Shown here: positions 38,552 to 46,697 of the stretch, one piece after another
Layout: the number at the start of each line of letters is the position of its first letter
Numbering within the stretch: the first letter of the stretch is position 1
Origin: an uncultured Collinsella sp.
GTDB lineage: Bacteria > Actinomycetota > Coriobacteriia > Coriobacteriales > Coriobacteriaceae
Reading direction: 5' to 3'
Assembly: GCA_937925265.1 (NCBI GenBank)
Contig: CALEXE010000105.1
Span: 12,557 to 76,556 of the forward strand
DNA: 64,000 bases
Notes under the pieces: model-generated
Seen by the model: the letters and a program-made list of their open reading frames with translations, nothing else
What the model was told of the DNA's origin: nothing
Database searches by the model: none
Position numbers and translations under genes: made by a program

Positions 38552-39271
38552 ATGAGTAACGCAGCCGAGATGGATGCACAGGAGATTATCAACTACATCG
38601 CCACCGCGCCCAAGAAAACGCCCGTCAAACTGTACGTGCGCGAAAAGCCGGGCATGAAGGTCCAGTGGGGCAATGCGCACGTCTACGGCGGTCATCGCGG
38701 CAAGACCGTCTTTGGTAACTGGGATGAGCTTAAGACCATCCTGGTCGCCAATGCCGATTCCATCGACTACTACGACGTAGAGAACGACTGCCGCAACTCC
38801 GCCGTGCCCATGCTCGACCTCAAGGGCATCAACGCCCGCATCGAGCCGGGCGCAATCATCCGCGACCGCGTCGAGATCGGCGATCGCGCCGTCATCATGA
38901 TGGGTGCCATCATCAACATCGGCTCCGTCATCGGCGAAGGCTCCATGATCGATATGGGCGCCGTGCTGGGCGGCCGCGCCACCGTGGGTAAGAACTGCCA
39001 CATCGGCGCCGGCACCGTGCTGGCAGGCGTCGTAGAGCCCGCCAGCGCCACGCCCGTCATCATCGAGGACGATGTCATGATCGGCGCCAACGCCGTGGTC
39101 CTGGAGGGCGTGCACGTAGGCAAGGGCGCCGTCGTTGCCGCCGGCGCCGTGTGCGTCGAGGACGTCCCCGCCGGCGCCGTCGTGGCCGGTGTCCCCGCCC
39201 GCGTCATCAAGATGCGCGACGAGAAGACCGACAGCAAGACCGGCCTGGAAGAGGGCTTACGTCAACTGTAG
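38552..39271 (+). CDS. dapH: tetrahydrodipicolinate N-acetyltransferase
   Basis: [11 protein letters not shown]...KKTPVK, RNSAVP and hexapeptide repeats ([11 protein letters not shown]). Confidence 0.92.
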   Translation: MSNAAEMDAQEIINYIATAPKKTPVKLYVREKPGMKVQWGNAHVYGGHRGKTVFGNWDELKTILVANADSIDYYDVENDCRNSAVPMLDLKGINARIEPGAIIRDRVEIGDRAVIMMGAIINIGSVIGEGSMIDMGAVLGGRATVGKNCHIGAGTVLAGVVEPASATPVIIEDDVMIGANAVVLEGVHVGKGAVVAAGAVCVEDVPAGAVVAGVPARVIKMRDEKTDSKTGLEEGLRQL

Positions 39272-39360
39272 GGTTACGCGGGTTTACCAACCCGCGTAAC
39301 AGCTCGACGCTGCACCTTTGGTTCCGTCGTTCTAACGAACGACGGACCGGTCGACGCTGC

Positions 39361-39458
39361 AAACGCCCCTAAGCGGCAATCTGACGTTCAATCGTCGGTC
39401 GCGTACCAAAGTACGCTTCCCTCCTCTTTCACGTCACCTTGCTCGCCTAGGGGCGTTT
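39361..39458. repeat. structured palindromic element family B, copy 2
   Basis: AAACGCCCCTA / TAGGGGCGTTT outer IR with core TCGTCGGTCGCGTACCAAAGTACGCTTCCCTCCTCTTTC. Confidence 0.8.
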
Positions 39459-39561
39459 TCGCTGACGTATGCTCAGTCTGCAACTCAATTGAGCTCCAAG
39501 CAAAAAGGCCGAAGTCCCGAAGGGTTTCGACCTTTGTTTTTCTGCAGCGTCCAAGCGCAGT

Positions 39562-40575
39562 TTATCTATTCTCGATGCTGCCAATGTTTTTGAGCTCGAT
39601 GGAGATGAGGCCGTTGGGCTCGTTGACAAACTCGATATACTCGGAGTTCGAACCCATCTCGGCCGGGAAGCTGATCTCGATGCCCGTGTCGGTACGGATC
39701 TTGTGATTGCGCACGACCGCACGCTCGACCTGCTTGCGCTCCACAGGCACGCGCTCGGGCACCTTCTCCTCGGTCAGCGCCGCGCGTACGCTCTCCTTGA
39801 TGACCGGCTCGTCCTCAAAGACCTCGTCCACGATATCCCAGGGCGGCAGCTCCTCGTCGTCTTCGACCTTCTCGGCGACGGCGGCCTTGACCTTGGCGAG
39901 CGCGACGGCCGTGTTGGCACCGTGCTCCTCGGCGACTTCCTCGACCACGCGCGTCACGGTGTCGATGACCTCCTTGCCCGACACGCCCGTATCGCACTGC
40001 AGCAGACCGTCGGGAATGAGCATACGGTCTTCGCCGGCAATCTTACGCTTCTTGTCCACATAGCCGATCTCCATGGTGCTCGCGCGCACGATGGCATAGC
40101 TTGGCACCTTTTGGGAAGGATTCGGCAGGATAGCATAGTGGCGCGCGATGTCGTTGCGCACCTCGCCCTCCTCGCGGCCCACCTCGTGCATAAAGGCCTG
40201 TTTGGAGCCCAACAGCATCACGGCAAACCAGCGGGCATCCTCGTCGTCGTCAAAATCGGCCACGAGCACATCGGTGGACTCGGCTTTCTCGGCCTTGGTA
40301 AGCTCGGAGGAAATGAACTCCGCAATCTGCTGCGACAGGTCTACGAACTCGCGCTCGCCAAAGAAATAGCCCTTGAGCTCGCCGCCAAACGCAGAGTTCT
40401 CGGCAAATGTGGCGCGCTTATTGTCGGCAGAGGTTCGTGCGCGGCGCAGATGCGTGGTCACAAAGTTGCGCACGGTACGGCTCTCGATATCGAGCTCGCG
40501 CTGGCTCATGACGTTGACGGCAGAGTCAAAGTCCAGGATATGCAGAATCGCGTGATTGATTTTCATATACGGCAT
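39562..40575 (-). CDS. nucleoid-associated protein (YejK/NdpA-like)
   Basis: INHAILHILD N-terminus and KIRTDTGIEISFP C-terminus; about 337 aa. Confidence 0.75.
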   Translation of the reverse strand: MPYMKINHAILHILDFDSAVNVMSQRELDIESRTVRNFVTTHLRRARTSADNKRATFAENSAFGGELKGYFFGEREFVDLSQQIAEFISSELTKAEKAESTDVLVADFDDDEDARWFAVMLLGSKQAFMHEVGREEGEVRNDIARHYAILPNPSQKVPSYAIVRASTMEIGYVDKKRKIAGEDRMLIPDGLLQCDTGVSGKEVIDTVTRVVEEVAEEHGANTAVALAKVKAAVAEKVEDDEELPPWDIVDEVFEDEPVIKESVRAALTEEKVPERVPVERKQVERAVVRNHKIRTDTGIEISFPAEMGSNSEYIEFVNEPNGLISIELKNIGSIENR

Positions 40576-40677
40576 TCCGTTCTAGATCGATTTCGGCACG
40601 AACCAGTATAGCGGTCGAGCCCGCCCCAGGCGCATCGAAGCTTGGTGCATCGGGGACAGGTTGCTTTGCACCAATGG

Positions 40678-41838
40678 TTAGCGCAGGAGCTCGGACTGCC
40701 AAGCCTCGAGCTGTTCTGCCAAACTCTTGCCGGCAGCGGGCATGTCGATCTGGGGTCGTTTGGGCAGCAGCGCGCATTTAAGGATTGCCACGATAGTCTG
40801 CGAGACAAAGCGTCGCGTATCCTCGTCAAAGCCTTGCGCAGCCTGGAGCATCACGGGCAGGCTCTCGCGCAGATTCCCGGCGATATCCGCAAACCGCTCA
40901 GCACCCGTAGCCTCAAACACGGAGAACAACGCATCTACAAAACGCTCGCGCTCGCTAGGTGACACTGCAAGCAGCATCTCGCGAATGGAGCCATCAACGT
41001 ATCGAGCACCGGCGGACAGGCGCTCACAGTACACGAAGTCGCGACCATCAACCACCCAGCTAAAGGGATTGTGCTGCAGCAGGCTGAACTCGGTGCTCTC
41101 AACGATGGCATAGTCCTCCTGCGTCTCGAACATCATGCCAAAGATCGACGACCGAGGTAGCGTCTTGTCGATTCGACCGGAAAGATCGGCAAAGGCGTTG
41201 CCGTTCAGAAACTCCTCGACGAAGCCCGGACCATCATGGGAATACACCCGTTCGATTCGCTCACGGGCGACATCGGAGCACATCGCCGCACCGTACACCG
41301 CAAGGTTTCCACCCTTGGAATGACCTCCGCACAAAAGCGGCCCGCCAATCGCATCCGCCGCCTCGTCCACATAACGCGCCGCGGATTCCTGAGCCGGCAC
41401 AGGACACCGGAATGCCATGTTGAAGTCCTCTTTCCAGCCCACAATCGTGCTGTCGGTCCCCCGGAAGGAAAGATAGCTAAACCCCGCCGGAAACCGGAAC
41501 GCCATGGCTGCAAACTGCTCTGTCGCCACCACATCGCTCACGGCACGATAGCCGCAAACGTGCACGCCACGGTAGCGAGGGCTTGCTGCCACGGCCTCCA
41601 ACAAGGCCCTACTCCCCTCTGGATCCCACAGGTCGTCAATCATGTCCCGGTAGCACTCGGCACGAAGCAGCTCGCGTACGTCTAGGCCCTGCCAGTTCGT
41701 CAGCTCCGCCATATCAGCCGGCAAACGCAAATAGGACAACCACGCAAAGACCAGGCTATCCACCGCGCAGAACGGCCGTTCCTCAAACGGGTCAAACGCC
41801 GTCTGGACATAGGTCAAAAAATTAGGCGAATCCGACAT
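40678..41838 (-). CDS. DUF2974 alpha/beta-hydrolase-like protein
   Basis: EQFAAM, FRGTDSTIVGWKEDFNM, GHSKGGNLA and DGPGF. Confidence 0.85.
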   Translation of the reverse strand: MSDSPNFLTYVQTAFDPFEERPFCAVDSLVFAWLSYLRLPADMAELTNWQGLDVRELLRAECYRDMIDDLWDPEGSRALLEAVAASPRYRGVHVCGYRAVSDVVATEQFAAMAFRFPAGFSYLSFRGTDSTIVGWKEDFNMAFRCPVPAQESAARYVDEAADAIGGPLLCGGHSKGGNLAVYGAAMCSDVARERIERVYSHDGPGFVEEFLNGNAFADLSGRIDKTLPRSSIFGMMFETQEDYAIVESTEFSLLQHNPFSWVVDGRDFVYCERLSAGARYVDGSIREMLLAVSPSERERFVDALFSVFEATGAERFADIAGNLRESLPVMLQAAQGFDEDTRRFVSQTIVAILKCALLPKRPQIDMPAAGKSLAEQLEAWQSELLR

Positions 41839-41952
41839 GGCGCTCCCATCAACTATGGCGCATTGGGGTCAGGTTACTTTGCACCAAAAAGGCGCCCGGA
41901 CCGTGTGGACCGGACGCCTTTCATTGTAGCCTGTTGCCCAAAAGAGCTTGAT

Positions 41953-42903
41953 TTAGCAGGAGAAGTCGACGCTGTCGATAATCTCCTTGAGGGCCTTGGC
42001 GGAGGCGGTGAGCTCATGCTGCTCGTCATCGTTCAGCGGCACGGGGACGCGACAGACGACGCCGTCGCGGCCAACGACCGTCGGCATGGAGATGGCAAGA
42101 TCGGACAGGCCATACTCGCCCACCATGAGCGAGGAGACGGGCAGAACGGTCTGCTCATCGCGCATGACGGCGGTGCAGATGCGCTTGACGGCCATGGCGA
42201 CGCCATAGTAGGTGGCGTGCTTCTTCTCGATGATGGTGTAGGCGGAGTTCTTGACGTCCTCGGCGATGCGCTTCTCGGCAGCCTCATGCTCCAGATGACC
42301 GTGAAGCTCGCAGAAAGTGTTCAGCGGCACGCCGGCAACCTGGGCGCTGGACCAAGCGACAAACTCAGAGTCGCCGTGCTCACCCATGACATAGGCCTGG
42401 ACATCGCGCGGGTCAACCTCGACGTGGGCACCAAGCATCTGCTGCAGACGGCCAGTGTCGAGCACGGTGCCGGAGCCGATGACATGGCCCTCGGGCAGGC
42501 CGGACATCTTGATGGCGGCATAGGTCAGAACATCGACCGGGTTGGAGACAATGAGCAGAATGCCGTCGAAGCCAGACTTCTTAATTTCGGGAATGATGGA
42601 CTTAAAGATGTTGACGTTCTTGTTGACCAGGTCCAGACGGGTCTCACCGGGCTTCTGGGCAGCGCCAGCGGTGACGACGATCATGGCGGCGTCGGCGACA
42701 TCGGAATAATCGCCGGCGTAGATCTTCATCGGCTCGGCAAACGTCATGCCGTGCGCGATATCCAGGGCCTCACCCTCGGCGCGGTTCTTGTCCACGTCGA
42801 TGAGGACCATCTCGGAGAACAGACCGCTCTGCATCAGCGCGAACGCCGAAGACGAACCGACGAAACCGCAGCCGACAATAGCGACCTTCTTCTCGTTAAC
42901 CAT
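41953..42903 (-). CDS. ldh: L-lactate dehydrogenase
   Basis: GCGFVG, QKPGETRLDL, NPVD, GTVLDTGR and GEHGDS. Confidence 0.96.
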   Translation of the reverse strand: MVNEKKVAIVGCGFVGSSSAFALMQSGLFSEMVLIDVDKNRAEGEALDIAHGMTFAEPMKIYAGDYSDVADAAMIVVTAGAAQKPGETRLDLVNKNVNIFKSIIPEIKKSGFDGILLIVSNPVDVLTYAAIKMSGLPEGHVIGSGTVLDTGRLQQMLGAHVEVDPRDVQAYVMGEHGDSEFVAWSSAQVAGVPLNTFCELHGHLEHEAAEKRIAEDVKNSAYTIIEKKHATYYGVAMAVKRICTAVMRDEQTVLPVSSLMVGEYGLSDLAISMPTVVGRDGVVCRVPVPLNDDEQHELTASAKALKEIIDSVDFSC

Positions 42904-43104
42904 TAGAAACTCCCATCTCTCTCCACAAACAAGCCACCCGGGAACGACCCGAGCGGCTTGTCGTAATCCCAATACATCCAATCGGGACTTTGATTATGCT
43001 CCTATTCGCAGCCAAAAATCGACCGTTTACCGAAATTGTTTGCAGGATTCGTAAAATAACTGCACGAAATCGGTTTCGAGCTATTGACGAGTCGAAACAG
43101 GTTT

Positions 43105-44268
43105 CTAATACAGACCCGCCTCGCGGATGGCCTCGACGGCCAGAGCGATCTGATCGGGCGGCAGGACCAGCGCCATGCGCACGTGCCCCTCGCCCGAAGG
43201 CCCAAAGCTCGCGCCCGGCGTCACCACAACGCCGGCCTTCTCCATGAGCTCCTCGCAAAACGCCATGGAATCGGTACGGCCGCCGGGAAGCTTGGCCCAC
43301 ACAAACATAGAGCCATGCGCGTTGGGACGCTCCCAGCCCAAGTTCTCAAGACCGTCGCACAGGGCATCGCGACGCTCCTGGTACTTCAGACGCTGCGCCT
43401 CGACCTCATCGCGCGGGCCATTCAGGCAGGCGATAGCAGCCTTCTGGATCGGGAAGAACATACCAAAGTCGATCTGGCCGCGCAGCTTGGCAAAGGCAGA
43501 GACCACGTCCTCGCGACCGACCAAAAAGCCGATACGCGCGCCGGTGACGTTAAACGACTTGGAGAGCGAGAAGAACTCCACGCCCACCTCGAGCGCGCCG
43601 GGATACTGCAAAAAGCTTCCGCCCGGCTCGCCGTCAAACACGATATCGGAATACGCGTTGTCATGGACGATGAGCAGGTCGTGCTCACGGGCGAAAGCGA
43701 TAATCTCCTCGTAGACCTCGGGCGCGCCCACCGAGCCCACCGGGTTGGCGGGCAGCGACACGATCATGTACTTGGCACGATCGGCCACCTCGGGATCGAT
43801 GCCCGCCACATAGGGCAGGTAATTATGCTCGGCGACCAACGGATAGTACTCGAGCTTGGCATCGGCGATCTTGGCACCCGCCTCAAAGACCGGATAGCAC
43901 GGATCGGGAACCAGAATGGTGTCACCCGGATCGAGCAGGGCCAGGCCCAAATGGCCCACGCCCTCCTGTGTGCCGTTGCACGACTGCACCATGGACGGCG
44001 TAATGCCCGAAACGCCAAAGCGACGCTCATAGTAATCGCATACGGCTTGCTTGAGCTCGGGCAGGTCGCGCAGGGCATACTTCCACATCTCGGGGTCCTG
44101 GGCCGCTTGCGTGAGCGCCTCGACCACGTGGTCGTACGGCTTAAAGTCGGGCGTGCCCACGCTCATGTTGTAAATGGTCTTGCCCTGAGCCTTCAGCGCA
44201 AGCAGTTTGTTGTTGAGCGAGGCGAAGACCTCCGCGCCAAAGCGGTCGAGACGCTGCGATGCCTGCAT
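43105..44268 (-). CDS. PLP-dependent aminotransferase class I/II
   Basis: PDPCYP, PANPVG, HDNAY and SLSKSFNVTGARIG. Confidence 0.9.
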   Translation of the reverse strand: MQASQRLDRFGAEVFASLNNKLLALKAQGKTIYNMSVGTPDFKPYDHVVEALTQAAQDPEMWKYALRDLPELKQAVCDYYERRFGVSGITPSMVQSCNGTQEGVGHLGLALLDPGDTILVPDPCYPVFEAGAKIADAKLEYYPLVAEHNYLPYVAGIDPEVADRAKYMIVSLPANPVGSVGAPEVYEEIIAFAREHDLLIVHDNAYSDIVFDGEPGGSFLQYPGALEVGVEFFSLSKSFNVTGARIGFLVGREDVVSAFAKLRGQIDFGMFFPIQKAAIACLNGPRDEVEAQRLKYQERRDALCDGLENLGWERPNAHGSMFVWAKLPGGRTDSMAFCEELMEKAGVVVTPGASFGPSGEGHVRMALVLPPDQIALAVEAIREAGLY

Positions 44269-44384
44269 GGTGCCACCTTCCGATATAAAAAAGCGGCGCT
44301 CCGACAAGAGCGCCGCGCGATACGGGCCATCAGATTGCAAAAGTGTAACGCTTGCACCCGCTGTTTTGGTTCAATTTGGCAACC

Positions 44385-46385
44385 TTAGTCCATCGGATTG
44401 AGCGCGTCAATCTGGGCGAGCCACAGGCGCGAGCTGGCGTCACTCGGCATGCGCCAATCGCCGCGCGGGCTGAGCGTGACCGAACCCACCTTGGGGCCAT
44501 CGGGCAGGCAGCTGCGCTTAAACTGCTGGGCAAAGAAGCGACGGTAGAACGTACGCAGCCACGTGTGAACGGTCTTGACGTCGTAGGCGCCCTCGAAGCT
44601 CTTGAGCGCCATGCGGTAGATCTTGCCCGGCTCAAAGCCAAAACGCAGCAGGTAGTAGAGGAAGTAGTCGTGCAGCTCGTACGGGCCCACCAAATCCTCA
44701 GTCTTCTGCGCAATCTCGCCGTCGCCCGTGGGCGGCAGGAGCTCGGGGGACACCGGCGTATCGAGGATATCGAGCAAGACCTCGGCAATACGCCCGCCAA
44801 AAACATCAGCGGCATGGCGCACCAGATGGCGCACAAGCGTCTTGGGCACGCTCGCGTTGACGGCGTACATGCTCATGTGGTCGCCGTTGTAGGTAGCCCA
44901 GCCGAGCGCCAGCTCCGACAGGTCGCCCGTGCCGATGACAAAACCGCCGGCCTGATTGGCCAGATCCATCAGAATCTGCGTACGCTCGCGGGCCTGGCTG
45001 TTCTCGTAGGTCACGTCCTGCACGGCCGGATCGTGCTCAATGTCCTTGAAGTGCTGCTCCACGGCCGCGTGGATCGAAACCTCGCGGAAGCTCACGCCAA
45101 GGTCGCGAGCGAGCGACTCGGCATTCGACTTGGTGCGATGCGTCGTGCCAAAGCCGGGCATGGACACGGCCGTGATACCGGTGCGCGGCAGCCCCAGTGC
45201 ATCGAAGGCGCGCACGGTCACAAGCAGTGCCAGCGTGGAGTCCAGGCCGCCCGAAAGACCGATGACTGCAGCCTTGGTGCCCGTATGGGCCAGGCGGGTC
45301 TTGAGGCCGGCGGTCTGCAGGTCGAGGATGGTCTCGCAACGCTCGGCAAGGTCACCATGGTCGGCCGGCACAAAGGGCGCGCGGGGGAAGACACGGTCGA
45401 TGCCGAGTGCATCGCGCAGGACAGGTTCGTCTGTCAGCACGCCCTCAAAAGAGAACTCAACGGTCGTGGCCTCCGGCGCATCGTCCGCGCGCGTCCACGT
45501 CGTCGAGCGACGGCGCTCGGCAACCAGGCGGTCGAGGTCGACATCGGCCACCGCCATATCGCAGGTGAGCAGCTTGGTAGCAGCGAGCTTCGAGCCGTTT
45601 TCATAGATAAGGTTCTCGCCCGCAAAGACCATGTCGGTCGTGGACTCACCCTCGCTCGCGTCCGCGTAGGCATAGGCGCAGTACAGGCGTGCGCTCTGAT
45701 TGGAGATGAGGCTGCGGCGGTAATCTGCCTTGCCGATGATCTCGTCCGAGGCCGACGGGTTGAGAATCACCGTCGCACCGGCAAGCGCCATCTCGGTCGA
45801 AGGAGGCGCCGGCACCCACAGGTCCTCGCAGACCTCAACGCCCAGCACCAGGTCCTCGGTGCCCTCATCACAGCAACGGTAGACAAGCCCCGAGCCCAAC
45901 GGGACCGGACCCTGACCGGCAAATTCAAGCCAAACGGGATCGGTAGGTGCCGGAGCAAACCAACGGCGCTCATAGAACTCGCCATAGTTGGGCAAATACT
46001 TCTTGGCCGTGAGGCCCAAAAGCTCGCCCGCGCAGCACACAGCGACACAGTTGTAGATATTCTCGGCAACCGCAACGGGAAGACCGACGGTAAAGACAAT
46101 CGGCAGCTCACGAGTCTCGTCGAGGATATGCACCAGAGCAGCCTCGCAGGCATGCAGCAGTGTGCGGTTATGGAACAGATCGGCCGCGGTATAGCCGGTC
46201 AGGTTAAGCTCGGGCAGCACCAGCGCGCGAACGCCACGCTCGGCAGCATCGCGAACAGCCACCAGTGCAACCTCGGCATTGCCCTCGACATCGGCAACGC
46301 GAATCTGCGGTGAGGCCGCCGCCACACGCAAAAAGCCATCGCTCTTATTAGCCGAAACGCAGCATTGCCTTGTTGATCTGGACAC
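44385..46385 (-). CDS. nadE: glutamine-dependent NAD+ synthetase
   Basis: Nitrilase domain (PELNLTGY, EFYERRWF, VCEDLW) plus SGGLDST, ENSQARER and QQFKRSCLPDGP. Confidence 0.95.
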   Translation of the reverse strand: MSRSTRQCCVSANKSDGFLRVAAASPQIRVADVEGNAEVALVAVRDAAERGVRALVLPELNLTGYTAADLFHNRTLLHACEAALVHILDETRELPIVFTVGLPVAVAENIYNCVAVCCAGELLGLTAKKYLPNYGEFYERRWFAPAPTDPVWLEFAGQGPVPLGSGLVYRCCDEGTEDLVLGVEVCEDLWVPAPPSTEMALAGATVILNPSASDEIIGKADYRRSLISNQSARLYCAYAYADASEGESTTDMVFAGENLIYENGSKLAATKLLTCDMAVADVDLDRLVAERRRSTTWTRADDAPEATTVEFSFEGVLTDEPVLRDALGIDRVFPRAPFVPADHGDLAERCETILDLQTAGLKTRLAHTGTKAAVIGLSGGLDSTLALLVTVRAFDALGLPRTGITAVSMPGFGTTHRTKSNAESLARDLGVSFREVSIHAAVEQHFKDIEHDPAVQDVTYENSQARERTQILMDLANQAGGFVIGTGDLSELALGWATYNGDHMSMYAVNASVPKTLVRHLVRHAADVFGGRIAEVLLDILDTPVSPELLPPTGDGEIAQKTEDLVGPYELHDYFLYYLLRFGFEPGKIYRMALKSFEGAYDVKTVHTWLRTFYRRFFAQQFKRSCLPDGPKVGSVTLSPRGDWRMPSDASSRLWLAQIDALNPMD

Positions 46386-46515
46386 TGGAGGCCCCTTCTA
46401 CCCTGAGATTCAGTCTAACGGACGTTCACATATCTCTAACTAGCCAAAGCAACCTCCCAGTTTACTGAGACGCCAACCTGTGCTAAGAGCATGTATTCCA
46501 AAAATATCTTTAATT

Positions 46516-46549
46516 AAAAAAGGAGAAATCGATAATCGACTTCTCCTTT
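46516..46549 (-). terminator. intrinsic terminator closing the radical SAM/peptide operon
   Basis: Minus strand reads AAAGGAGAAGTCGA-TTA-TCGATTTCTCC-TTTTTT. Confidence 0.8.
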
Positions 46550-46573
46550 AAGCGAGGCAAGTAAATTCCGAAA

Positions 46574-46684
46574 CTAATGGCAGAATTTATCCATGTAGTC
46601 CTCAAAGTCGAACACTTCTACCACGACGCCCTCTTCCTGAGACTCTTTCAGTTGCTCCAAGAGATCTTTGTTAATAACGTCCAT
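46574..46684 (-). CDS. 36-aa putative RiPP precursor peptide MDVINKDLLEQLKESQEEGVVVEVFDFEDYMDKFCH
   Basis: GAGGAGG RBS abutting the rSAM stop codon, ATG 7 nt later, TAG stop, then a terminator. Not in the ORF track. Confidence 0.82.
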   Translation of the reverse strand: MDVINKDLLEQLKESQEEGVVVEVFDFEDYMDKFCH

Positions 46685-46697
46685 GTAGAAACCTCCT

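Noticed and set aside
43045..43072. Rex operator upstream of ldh (TTCGTAAAATAACTGCACGAA)
   Set aside because: Spacing and sequence deviate from TTGTGAA-N4-TTCACAA.
44352..46313. Long ORFs antisense to real genes (e.g. 44352-46313, 60385-62136, 16845-18293, 8261-9532, 12646-13845, 37742-39115)
   Set aside because: These are shadow ORFs expected in high-GC coding DNA. They have no recognisable motifs and lie opposite clear housekeeping genes.
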